From NCBI GenBank assembly GCA_964012805.1, contig CAXGUD010000012.1:42311-106310 (forward strand): DNA of 64,000 nucleotides, given 5' to 3'. The translations under genes were made by a program, and so were the position numbers. Every line of letters starts with the position of its first letter. The stretch's first letter is position 1. This document shows positions 50,423 to 59,030 of the stretch, piece by piece. The DNA is from an uncultured Bacteriovoracaceae bacterium. Its GTDB lineage: Bacteria > Bdellovibrionota > Bacteriovoracia > Bacteriovoracales > Bacteriovoracaceae. A model generated the notes under the pieces. The model had not been told where the DNA came from, ran no database searches, and was given only the letters and a program-made list of their open reading frames with translations.

Positions 50423-51502
50423 ATGGGTTTTATTGATAAATGGAAAACTATCATTCTAAGATTAGTCTTTTCTATTCTTTTAGTTAACTCAACACTTTCT
50501 TTTTCCCAATTTGAACTGGGAGATGAACCAGGCTATGGAGGCTTCAATCATAAGCCCATGGTTGGAGGAACTTTGTGGCAAGGGAGTTTACCGACAGGCT
50601 CTAGTTCAAATCCAGGTAGACCTGGCATGTTTAAGCTTATGTGGAACTCAAAGGTGACTCGGGTTGATATGATAGGGCAGGCACAGGCAACAATAGGTCC
50701 TGCCAAGGCCGGGGCCGAGGTTTGGAAAACCTATGATGTTGAAAAAAAGACATTTAAGGATGCCACTTTAAAAACGAACTTCAGTATTGGTGTTGGAATG
50801 GCCAAAACAGAAATAAGAACTGTCGGAAAGCTAAAGGACCCTATGAAATCCAAGGTAACGGGTTATGGTGGTATAAAGCAAGGGGGAGTTGAAGCGGGCC
50901 TTCGAACGGACTTTAAAGGAAAAATAACGGCCGAGGCAAAGGCCGGAGTGGGCCCAGTGAAATTAAAATATAAAGAAATTGTGGCCAAACCAAAAAGTGA
51001 CGGGTCTTTTACAAATGTTGATGGAAAGAAAACCCATGTGGCCTCAGGGACAAGCCTTATTGATTCTCTTTTTGGTGTTTTTGGTTCTAATTGGCATACT
51101 CATGTTGCAGAAAACACAACGATTTCTTATGAAGATAAAATTGGTAGTAACACGGTTAAGTTGCAAGATGCTGAGAACTATCAGTTAGGTGGGACAATTG
51201 ACGGAATTGGACTCAAGGTTGGTAAATCAAAAGGGAATGAAACTTTTTGGGCCGGAACGGGGAATGCCCAGGTTGGTTATGTGAGAAAAAAGGATGATTC
51301 GACAAAAGTCTCCATGAGGGCCTCAACTTTTCTTATGCCGAACGTAAAAGCTGGTGGGGGAGTTGACCTCTATATGGTGCCTATGACCCCTGAAGAAATT
51401 AAGATTAGAAATGAAAACCTTTCTAAAAAACTTCAAAATAACTACTCATCAAGCATGGCCGAGAATATGGGGTTTGTGACTTGGCAAGAATCCGATGTTT
51501 AA
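50423..51502 (+). CDS. Hypothetical secreted Gly-rich beta-strand protein
   Basis: Signal peptide; many alternating beta-strand patterns (AEAKAGVGPVKLKY). Confidence 0.6.
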   Translation: MGFIDKWKTIILRLVFSILLVNSTLSFSQFELGDEPGYGGFNHKPMVGGTLWQGSLPTGSSSNPGRPGMFKLMWNSKVTRVDMIGQAQATIGPAKAGAEVWKTYDVEKKTFKDATLKTNFSIGVGMAKTEIRTVGKLKDPMKSKVTGYGGIKQGGVEAGLRTDFKGKITAEAKAGVGPVKLKYKEIVAKPKSDGSFTNVDGKKTHVASGTSLIDSLFGVFGSNWHTHVAENTTISYEDKIGSNTVKLQDAENYQLGGTIDGIGLKVGKSKGNETFWAGTGNAQVGYVRKKDDSTKVSMRASTFLMPNVKAGGGVDLYMVPMTPEEIKIRNENLSKKLQNNYSSSMAENMGFVTWQESDV

Positions 51503-51510
51503 AGGTTATC

Positions 51511-51538
51511 AAAAAGGAAGGACAAAGATGTCCTTCCT
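51511..51538 (-). terminator. Rho-independent terminator
   Basis: aggaaggaca-aaga-tgtccttcct perfect stem; T tract follows on the minus strand. Confidence 0.8.
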
Positions 51539-51552
51539 AATCTAAAATCTTA

Positions 51553-51819
51553 TTATTCTAACTTTTTTGCTGTCCAATGAAATTCCACAAAAGGCTTAAT
51601 CTCAAAGGAGGCCAGGTAAGGTACTTCTACACCGACTAGAGGCCTGATTCTTAATTTTATCTTATGAAGGTCCCAAAAAGAGTTATAATCTTGCATAAAA
51701 GATTCTTCATTAGTTCCAAAAGATTCTATTTCTTGCTCTAACCATTGATTATAAGAAACCTTCTCTGCATAAACATTAAAAGCTATAAGAAAAAAGATAA
51801 TACCAAATATTTTTTTCAT
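51553..51819 (-). CDS. Small secreted protein, one amphipathic beta-hairpin unit
   Basis: Signal peptide ending VYA; WDLHKIKLRIRPLVGVEVPYLASFEIKPFVEFHW. Confidence 0.7.
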   Translation of the reverse strand: MKKIFGIIFFLIAFNVYAEKVSYNQWLEQEIESFGTNEESFMQDYNSFWDLHKIKLRIRPLVGVEVPYLASFEIKPFVEFHWTAKKLE

Positions 51820-51828
51820 TTTTTTCTC

Positions 51829-52992
51829 CTAATTAAAATAAAGCGCTATATGAGGAATTCCTGAAACTTTAACTGGGCCTAAAGATCCACCCATGGAAAA
51901 CTTAAATTGTGATTTAATTTTTTTGATTTTCCATTGACTTCTATGACTAACTTTTGAACCAAACCTTTTCATAAACTTATGAGAAAATTTAAAGGCCTTT
52001 TTAAGTCCTTTTTTAACTTTCCTCTTTTTTATTTTAAAAAAGTAACTTTTTCCAAGGCTTTTTTCAGTTCCGTTGGCCATGACAAGTATTTCACCGTCTA
52101 GGTTATTAGATTTTACAGTTTTGTTATAATCTTCTGTCCTTTTAAAAAAGACAGAAGGAACTGCATAACCGCCTAATTCAGCAAGACCTAGTTTTCCCTT
52201 AGCAGAAACTCCAAGACCAATTTCTACTCGGCTAAGAGAGAGACCTTTTTTTTCGTATTTTGGAATACTAGAAAATAATATGTCACCCATGTCTTCAAAA
52301 AAAGCCGTTAACTCATGATTTGAAGAAGCCTTCACCTTTTTGGTCAAGTCTTTTCTTTTCCACTCAAGTCGTAAACGTGTATCTCCACCGATTTTTATTA
52401 ATGGCCCAAAAACAATTTTACCCGTTGCTTTAATTCCCATTTCTAATCTTAATTTATTGGCCTTCCATCCGGAAAAATGCATTTGGGATAACGATTCACC
52501 TAGTTGGTGGAAGTTTTTCATTGCTTTCTCAAGCCCTTTAGAAAGAACCTTTCCATTTTTAACTTTCCCAGAGTTAACCATCTTTTTTACAATGAAATGA
52601 ACTTGTGAGTTGATAGATTCTTCAGTTGTCGACTCATCAAAGCTAATGACATTTTCTTTTATGGCCTTCTCTTGTTCTTTTCTTGTCCAGTCAACTTCAA
52701 GGACTTTGGTTCCACCCCAAGAATAAATCCCTAGCTTTCCAGAAAGACCTAAAGCGAGAGACGTTTGGAAGCCTGAAAATTTCCACGAAGAATTGTTTAT
52801 TGACTTTGTTTCTTTGAGGCTTAGAAATTGATGAGAGTCGACATAATTTGTTAAAAAACCGTCTATTGAAGATAGGTCATCTTCCATAATGGATTTTTCA
52901 TTACTATCTGAAAACCAATAAGAGCTAAGATGCCCCTCTTTTCCATGAAGATTTGTTGTGACTAATAGGAGTAAAATTAAATATCTGATCAT
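51829..52992 (-). CDS. Secreted protein with four amphipathic beta-hairpin repeats
   Basis: Signal peptide; four related units of about 36 aa. Confidence 0.75.
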   Translation of the reverse strand: MIRYLILLLLVTTNLHGKEGHLSSYWFSDSNEKSIMEDDLSSIDGFLTNYVDSHQFLSLKETKSINNSSWKFSGFQTSLALGLSGKLGIYSWGGTKVLEVDWTRKEQEKAIKENVISFDESTTEESINSQVHFIVKKMVNSGKVKNGKVLSKGLEKAMKNFHQLGESLSQMHFSGWKANKLRLEMGIKATGKIVFGPLIKIGGDTRLRLEWKRKDLTKKVKASSNHELTAFFEDMGDILFSSIPKYEKKGLSLSRVEIGLGVSAKGKLGLAELGGYAVPSVFFKRTEDYNKTVKSNNLDGEILVMANGTEKSLGKSYFFKIKKRKVKKGLKKAFKFSHKFMKRFGSKVSHRSQWKIKKIKSQFKFSMGGSLGPVKVSGIPHIALYFN

Positions 52993-53015
52993 TTTAGTAC
53001 CCTCTCTTTAAATAT

Positions 53016-53324
53016 TTATTTTTTTGAAAAATAGAGTTTAAAATAAGGTTCTGCCGTTGCGGTTATTAGACTTCCAATACCTAACTTCATTTTTATATAG
53101 GTTCCAACTGAAACTTTATAAAAAGAGAATTTACTTTTATCTAAAGATTCAAGTGTCGATTCGGAAAGAATAGAAATTGATTTTTTTAATTTTAAATCCC
53201 ATTCACTTTTTTTAAGACTAACTTCTTTTGGGTTTCCTTTACTATCCAAACCTATTAAAGGTAAAGATGAACTATTGGCGACTGAAATAAGAAAGAAATA
53301 GAGAAAAATTGCTTTTTTAATCAT
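53016..53324 (-). CDS. Small secreted protein, one amphipathic beta-hairpin unit
   Basis: Signal peptide; FSFYKVSVGTYIKMKLGIGSLITATAEPYFKLYFSK. Confidence 0.7.
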   Translation of the reverse strand: MIKKAIFLYFFLISVANSSSLPLIGLDSKGNPKEVSLKKSEWDLKLKKSISILSESTLESLDKSKFSFYKVSVGTYIKMKLGIGSLITATAEPYFKLYFSKK

Positions 53325-53515
53325 TTAAGTGCCTCCATTAAAAATAAATCAATTTGATCATTTATACTCTTTTAAAGTAAATTTAAGGTTTTTTTCATGT
53401 TTCAAAAATAAACTTAAATATTAAAAAAACGTTAAGAATTGGTTCTGGCTTATTGCAAGGGCCATTGCTATGAAGTTTGAAGTGTATATTAGAGGGAAGT
53501 TTGGAAATTACTCCT

Positions 53516-54313
53516 TTATTTCTTTAAGTTTATCTGAAATGAGCTTTCAACAAAAGTACTCATAGCTTCCATTTGGTAGCTTTTATCATCGATATTAAGA
53601 TCCTTTTTCCTCTTTTGGCTAAGGTCTTGATATTTAATTAAAAAGGAAAGAGAGCTGAAATTAAATAAGATAAATAAGATCATGGCAGTGTCTTCGATAG
53701 CATGAGGAGAAAAATCTTTTATAAATTGTGCGGAATAGAGTGAAGAGATCAGTGCAACAAAGAAAAGAAATAGGAAAAATTTTTCTTGTCTTTTAGATTT
53801 AACCTTTTTGTCCTCTGGTTGAGCTGTCAAAAACTCAAAACGAATTTTTCTAGAAAGAATTTTATCAAACCCTAAAATGACTCCAGTATTTGAAAGGAGT
53901 AAGGCCAGTTGAATAATAATATAAAATGCTGAAGGGTTGGTGGCCCCTGTTAGAATAAAGTTAAAATTCATAAAGATTCCCACTAAAAGAGCGAAGTTTG
54001 TGAAGGTACCAGATAAAATTGCAATTCCTGTTAAGAATTGACCTATAATGACCAGCCACGAAAGAAGAAGAAGATTGGGAAAAAAGATATTTTTAATAAG
54101 CGTTTCATAGGCTGGAAAGAGAATAGAGCCACTTTCTAAATGCTCTATTAAAAAAAGTTTTAGGCCCTCTCCACTATGCCATGAAGGGGTTAACAATTTT
54201 GATAGACTTCCTCTAAACCAACCTAGGCCAATAAAAAGTCTTAGAGGAAGCAGAAAGCTTCCATTAGATGAAAGTTCTTGAAGGAGGTTTTTGAAATTAA
54301 ATTTAATAAACAT
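53516..54313 (-). CDS. DoxX family membrane protein
   Basis: LRLFIGLGWF...LSK, GQFLTGIAILSG..T..A...GIFMNFNF, GFDK. Confidence 0.8.
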   Translation of the reverse strand: MFIKFNFKNLLQELSSNGSFLLPLRLFIGLGWFRGSLSKLLTPSWHSGEGLKLFLIEHLESGSILFPAYETLIKNIFFPNLLLLSWLVIIGQFLTGIAILSGTFTNFALLVGIFMNFNFILTGATNPSAFYIIIQLALLLSNTGVILGFDKILSRKIRFEFLTAQPEDKKVKSKRQEKFFLFLFFVALISSLYSAQFIKDFSPHAIEDTAMILFILFNFSSLSFLIKYQDLSQKRKKDLNIDDKSYQMEAMSTFVESSFQINLKK

Positions 54314-54583
54314 TTTTTAATTTTTTCCTTAAGAGTTAAATTTAATATTAACTAAAAGAAAGAAGGCTGAGGAGTATTTAGCGTTGATAGTATTTTAAGT
54401 CAAACAAAAGTTTGGTATATAAAACTTTATTGCCGCTTTTTGGTGCTTTGCGTTTTTTTGTACTGTGCACCTTCTCTAAAAAGAAGAAAATAAAGGTTAA
54501 ATAACTTTGGATATCGAATGACCCAGGAGAAATGCCTTTCCCCAGGCCATTATTGAAGGTTGTTTATTTTGTTTCCATAAAAT

Positions 54584-55342
54584 CTATAACAAATACTTTT
54601 GAACTTCCTTGAATTTTAACTTTTTAGCAAGGTGTAAAGCTGACACTCCTTTATTATCTTTAATCAATTTGTCAGCTCCAGATTCTAAAAGAAGTTTAAC
54701 AACGAAGGGACGGTTTTTTCTTACCGCATGAATAAGGGCAGTCCTTCCCTTGTTGTCTTTAATATTTACGAGGGCCTTATTCAAAATGAGTTGTCTCAAA
54801 ATCTTTTTATGACCTTTAACTGAGGCCAACGTTAGGGCACTAACACCTTGAATATTTTTAAGGTTTACTTTGGCGCTCGCCTTTAAAAGTAATTTAACAA
54901 CTTCTTTATGGCCTTTTAATGAAGCAACCATGAGGGGTGTCCATTGCCATTTATCTTTTGAGTTAACATCCGCTTTGTAATTTAAAAGAGTTGAAACAAC
55001 TTCCTTATTTCCTTTTTGGGAGGCGAGTGACAAAGAAGTTTGGCCTAAGGGAGTAGCTGATTCAGTATTGGCCCCATTTTTAAGAAGAAATAAGGCAACT
55101 TTAGGTCTATCAAATAGGGCCGCATGCATAAGAGGGCTTTTCCCAAGGTGATCAAAGCTATTTATTTTCTTCTTATTATTATTAAAAAAACTTTTAATAT
55201 CTTTAAGAGAGCCCCTTTTTATTATCTCCGAAATTGATTTTGCTTTTAGATCTTTTGTTTCCTTTGCAAAAGAAAAACTGATGAATAAATTAAAAATAAA
55301 AAGAAGGGGAAGCCCCTTCTTAATTGTTTTATAGAAAGTCAT
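54584..55342 (-). CDS. Exported ankyrin-repeat protein
   Basis: About 6 ankyrin repeats (GKSPLMHAA, GQTSLSLAS, TPLMVAS, GVSALTLAS, GRTALIHAV, GVSALHLA); signal peptide from ATG 55342, overlapping the upstream stop. Confidence 0.9.
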   Translation of the reverse strand: MTFYKTIKKGLPLLFIFNLFISFSFAKETKDLKAKSISEIIKRGSLKDIKSFFNNNKKKINSFDHLGKSPLMHAALFDRPKVALFLLKNGANTESATPLGQTSLSLASQKGNKEVVSTLLNYKADVNSKDKWQWTPLMVASLKGHKEVVKLLLKASAKVNLKNIQGVSALTLASVKGHKKILRQLILNKALVNIKDNKGRTALIHAVRKNRPFVVKLLLESGADKLIKDNKGVSALHLAKKLKFKEVQKYLL

Positions 55343-56651
55343 TGAATTCCTCCTCAAGAGAATTTTGACGGAACTGCTGGATATAATCAATGAGCTGAAT
55401 ATAAGTATCAGGCCTTTTGGCAGGACAAACGGCTAATTTGTCATAAGGAAAAGAGGCGCCTTTGCTTTTTGTTTTAAAAAGACAAGAAAAGGCCCTTCTT
55501 AGGTGTACTTCTTGATCATTTGGAATGTAGGGAAGAAGGCATGATTTTTTTATATTTCCAGAGTCTCTTGGGACGCAAAGATGCTCTTTTTTATCGAGCT
55601 TTTCTTTGAACGTCGGCTCCTTCATGTCAGTTGATTGACAGTCCCACTTAGAGTTTGCTTTGGCCACTCTTAGAAAAGGAACTCTAATATCAGTGTTTTT
55701 TGTTTTCATTTGGCAAATATCAACAACATCTTCTTCAATAGTGGGAAGAACAATGAGGGTAGGGGTACAAAAGTAGGCATCTTTGAAAACTTCGTTACAC
55801 TGAGTCATCAAAGGTTGTGGTATTTTAACAGGATCGTATTTGGTTTTTTTATCTATCCAATAAAAAAGACCCTTAATATCTGACCTTAAATCATCATCCA
55901 GACTTGTTCTGATTGTTGTATCTCTTCTTTTCTTCTTTTCCTTTTTAAGTTTCCTTCTTTCCCTCCAGGAAAGCTTTTCTTTAGGCCTTTCTTCCCCTTC
56001 ACTGGCCAATGGATTTAATTCAACTTTAGTTTCTATTTTTTCCAAATAATAATCAAAAAAAACAGATGATACCTCACATTTAGACTGTATATTGTATAGA
56101 AGATGGGTTCTACCTTCCTTTTTTGTATTGGAAAGAACACAGATCAAATAATGAGGTTTTTTCTCATTTAATTGATTGAGGGTTAATTTTCCTTTAAAAC
56201 TAGGGCTTCTTAAAATAAAGGAACCCTTTCCCCAAGCATGATTGTAAATGCACTCCCTTACATTTTCAGATTCTTTGCAATAGGGGTGGTCCGTCCAAAT
56301 ATGAGGTCTTGCCAGATTGGGGTCTGGAGGAGTTGTGCCTAGAGGAGAGCTTGGGTCTACTTCTTCTGTGCTTTCTAAAACAAAATTATTTTTACCGCCA
56401 TGGCAGTATCTATTGATAAAGTTTTGGGTATTAAGGACAGTTTTTTTTAAAATTTTATTTTTTAAGGTGTCTTCTTTTAGGTCATAAAGATAATCCTCCA
56501 GCTTAGAACATTGGTTTTCTCTAGCGTCACTTTTTGTCGACGCAATCTTAGTTATTGAGTTAAGAATTTCTTTGTAAATAAGGCCTGTATTTCCAAAGGC
56601 CTGGCAATTAAAAATAATTACGGTTAGCCCCGTAAAAAAAATCTTTTTCAT
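55329..56651 (-). CDS. Secreted Cys-rich hypothetical protein
   Basis: Signal peptide; many Cys; basic Lys/Arg stretch. Confidence 0.75.
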   Translation of the reverse strand: MKKIFFTGLTVIIFNCQAFGNTGLIYKEILNSITKIASTKSDARENQCSKLEDYLYDLKEDTLKNKILKKTVLNTQNFINRYCHGGKNNFVLESTEEVDPSSPLGTTPPDPNLARPHIWTDHPYCKESENVRECIYNHAWGKGSFILRSPSFKGKLTLNQLNEKKPHYLICVLSNTKKEGRTHLLYNIQSKCEVSSVFFDYYLEKIETKVELNPLASEGEERPKEKLSWRERRKLKKEKKKRRDTTIRTSLDDDLRSDIKGLFYWIDKKTKYDPVKIPQPLMTQCNEVFKDAYFCTPTLIVLPTIEEDVVDICQMKTKNTDIRVPFLRVAKANSKWDCQSTDMKEPTFKEKLDKKEHLCVPRDSGNIKKSCLLPYIPNDQEVHLRRAFSCLFKTKSKGASFPYDKLAVCPAKRPDTYIQLIDYIQQFRQNSLEEEFNDFL

Positions 56652-56671
56652 GTTTTCCCCCGATAATTTAA

Positions 56672-57379
56672 TTAATTTCTTCTACTTTTTTTAATACAAA
56701 ACTTTGGAGAAGGGTCTTGGCAATACCTTTCAACCTTCCCCCATTTAAACAAAAATTTAAGGTAAACTTCTTTTTTGTTAATTGTGTCTTCTCTAGAACC
56801 GCTTATTTCAACCTCAGTTTCAGTCACGGCACCCCCAGAACCAGAGTTAGGGAAAACGTCAGTATCCTCTATGTCAATTGGGTCGAAAAAAAAGTCACTG
56901 ACTGTGTTAAAGGCTTTCCAATGGAAACCGAAAGAAAATTTCCCATCCCATCTATCAAAATTTCCACAAGTTCTTTCAAAGTAGCAAATTTCTTTTTCAT
57001 TTGTTTCCATGAAGTGCAAAACAGACATTGAAGGAATATATTTCCCCCCACCCATACATGAAATAACGGCGCTTAACTCCCTATCATAGGTTATATTAGG
57101 ATTTTCTTTAACAGGTTCAGGGAATTTCCCGTCAGCTATACCGGTAAGAATTTTAGGATAAGTCCCACCAGGTCTGTCTTGAAAAACTATATGAACATCA
57201 ACACATGACTTTGCGACATGCAATCTAAAATCCCGCTCTGAGTAACCAGCTCCTTTTCCATGGCCTGGTTGAGGCTTTGATGAACTTTGAGTGTATCCCG
57301 AGATTGGTACTAAAATAAGCGAAATAAGTATAATTTTATAAAACCTTTTAAGGATTGAATTATTTTTCATTTTCTTCAT
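56672..57379 (-). CDS. Secreted Cys-containing hypothetical protein, paralog of the 57981 scaffold
   Basis: Signal peptide after a GAGGAGG RBS (start 57379 or 57370); shares REL..ISC.GG, C...R.CGN...W.G..S.G..W and RYC..P...FC with 57981-58913. Confidence 0.75.
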   Translation of the reverse strand: MKKMKNNSILKRFYKIILISLILVPISGYTQSSSKPQPGHGKGAGYSERDFRLHVAKSCVDVHIVFQDRPGGTYPKILTGIADGKFPEPVKENPNITYDRELSAVISCMGGGKYIPSMSVLHFMETNEKEICYFERTCGNFDRWDGKFSFGFHWKAFNTVSDFFFDPIDIEDTDVFPNSGSGGAVTETEVEISGSREDTINKKEVYLKFLFKWGKVERYCQDPSPKFCIKKSRRN

Positions 57380-57950
57380 TTTCCTCCTCAATATCTTTAC
57401 AGCGTACTTCAATTTCACTATGCCTTGTCGATACCCAAAGTTTTAAGAGAACATATCCCGCAGGAATTGGGGCCCCATTAATTGAAACTTTCAAATCAGA
57501 ATGGTCTTGAGAGCAAAAACGCCTATGACATTTGAGAGCTTTTAGGGGAATATCTTCATCTGAAGCAACTTTTGGTTCCTTTTCAACTTCATCACTTGAT
57601 GTGTCCTCATTATTATTTTCATAATGAATTTGCCCATTTTCCAATTGGAGGATGTCTTTTTTGCCATTTATTTTTTGTTGAACGATAATTTTGTCTTTAT
57701 CTTCATTTTCTCTTGCTTCCATTTCACAAACTTCTACAATTTTGAGTGAAGCATTCGTAAACCAACCGGGCATTTTTCTATGGGTAATTTGAATGGGAAA
57801 TTTATCATCCTGATTAGCACAAACCATGGTGGGAGCAGGAGCTCCTGAAAAGCGAACAGCACAGTTTATATGGTCTTTTGAGTAAAGAGGGGAGGTTAAA
57901 AAACCTCCCAAAGTGACAAAAAAGACCATTTTTTTGATTGAACTTATCAT
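57360..57950 (-). CDS. Secreted hypothetical protein (6 Cys)
   Basis: Signal peptide; stop overlaps the next gene's start. Confidence 0.7.
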   Translation of the reverse strand: MISSIKKMVFFVTLGGFLTSPLYSKDHINCAVRFSGAPAPTMVCANQDDKFPIQITHRKMPGWFTNASLKIVEVCEMEARENEDKDKIIVQQKINGKKDILQLENGQIHYENNNEDTSSDEVEKEPKVASDEDIPLKALKCHRRFCSQDHSDLKVSINGAPIPAGYVLLKLWVSTRHSEIEVRCKDIEEENEENEK

Positions 57951-57980
57951 AATTTTGCCTTTTTAAATTTTATTGGTCTT

Positions 57981-58913
57981 TTAGTAGCAGAATTCGTTTT
58001 CAGGTTCTGTACAATACCTTCTTATATTTTCGTAAGTTGTGTCCCAGTTGGCATAAAGTCTAATTTGGTTATAGGCCGTATTTGAGAGTCCTGTATTTAC
58101 TGTATTAGCTGCATCAACTCCGAAAGATCCTGGTGCTCCTGCTCCTCCGGCACCTCCATTTCCAGCACTGACATTAACACCAGCTTCATTACAATCCATA
58201 AGTGCTGTGTTATTTGTATTCCCTGTAAAATCTCCGAGGCCGTCTCCACCAGGCCCAGCTTGACAGATAAATTTAATATCAGGACTAAAGATATCCGTTT
58301 TTGAGGTTGAGATATAACCTTGAGACTCTAAATGATCGGTGTATTCTTTCCATTCTGAATTAGATAAGTAGTTTTTAGGATAGCAGTTGATGTCACCAGA
58401 AGAGACAGAGCCGCCTTTCCCAAATGTTGCAACTGAGGCATGGCTGCTATTCACACAAACTTTGTTGCTGCTATTATTAATTGTGGAAGTAACAGAACCA
58501 CCATTTATGTCTCCACCATCTCCGCCATCCCCACCTTCTGTGGCATTAGCGAGTTTAATATAATTATTTTTCAATTTCGTATTGTTTAAAAAGTCTGTAA
58601 TGGAATGGCCCATAGACCATACAGCACCAATGCTAAGGCCGCCTCTCCAGATTTTTGCATTTCCACATACCCTTGTGCTTTGGCAAAGTTTTCTTTCACC
58701 ATGAACGGTTTTCCATTCAAACATGTGGACAGTTGTCGCTTCAGGGTGATGAAAGCTTCCACCGTGGCAATTTAGAAATGATGTGATTTCTCTTGCATTA
58801 TCTCCGCCTTTTGGGTCTTTCATTTTTAAAATGGTATCCTTGCAGACGGCCATTAAGTTTGAAGAAAGTAAAAGAGCACTGCCAATAGGTGCTAATTTTT
58901 TAAAAAAGTTCAT
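57981..58913 (-). CDS. Secreted Cys/Gly-rich hypothetical protein (56672-type scaffold with inserted 59031-type module)
   Basis: Signal peptide ending LMA; GGDGGDGGD and GNGGAGGAG stretches; 4-Cys module. Confidence 0.8.
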   Translation of the reverse strand: MNFFKKLAPIGSALLLSSNLMAVCKDTILKMKDPKGGDNAREITSFLNCHGGSFHHPEATTVHMFEWKTVHGERKLCQSTRVCGNAKIWRGGLSIGAVWSMGHSITDFLNNTKLKNNYIKLANATEGGDGGDGGDINGGSVTSTINNSSNKVCVNSSHASVATFGKGGSVSSGDINCYPKNYLSNSEWKEYTDHLESQGYISTSKTDIFSPDIKFICQAGPGGDGLGDFTGNTNNTALMDCNEAGVNVSAGNGGAGGAGAPGSFGVDAANTVNTGLSNTAYNQIRLYANWDTTYENIRRYCTEPENEFCY

Positions 58914-58981
58914 AGATTCCCCCCTTTTTTTGGAAAAAAGTATTTTTAATAATTTATTGTTTGGAAGATTTTAAATTTTGA

Positions 58982-59009
58982 AGGGAAGAGAGTCTGACCT
59001 CTCTCCCCT
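58982..59009 (-). promoter_or_regulatory. Intercistronic stem-loop after the first gene of the operon
   Basis: Minus-strand RNA aggggagagag-gtcaga-ctctcttccct pairs fully with one G-U; no long U tail. Confidence 0.65.
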
Positions 59010-59030
59010 GAAGTCTAAAAATTAGTAATT

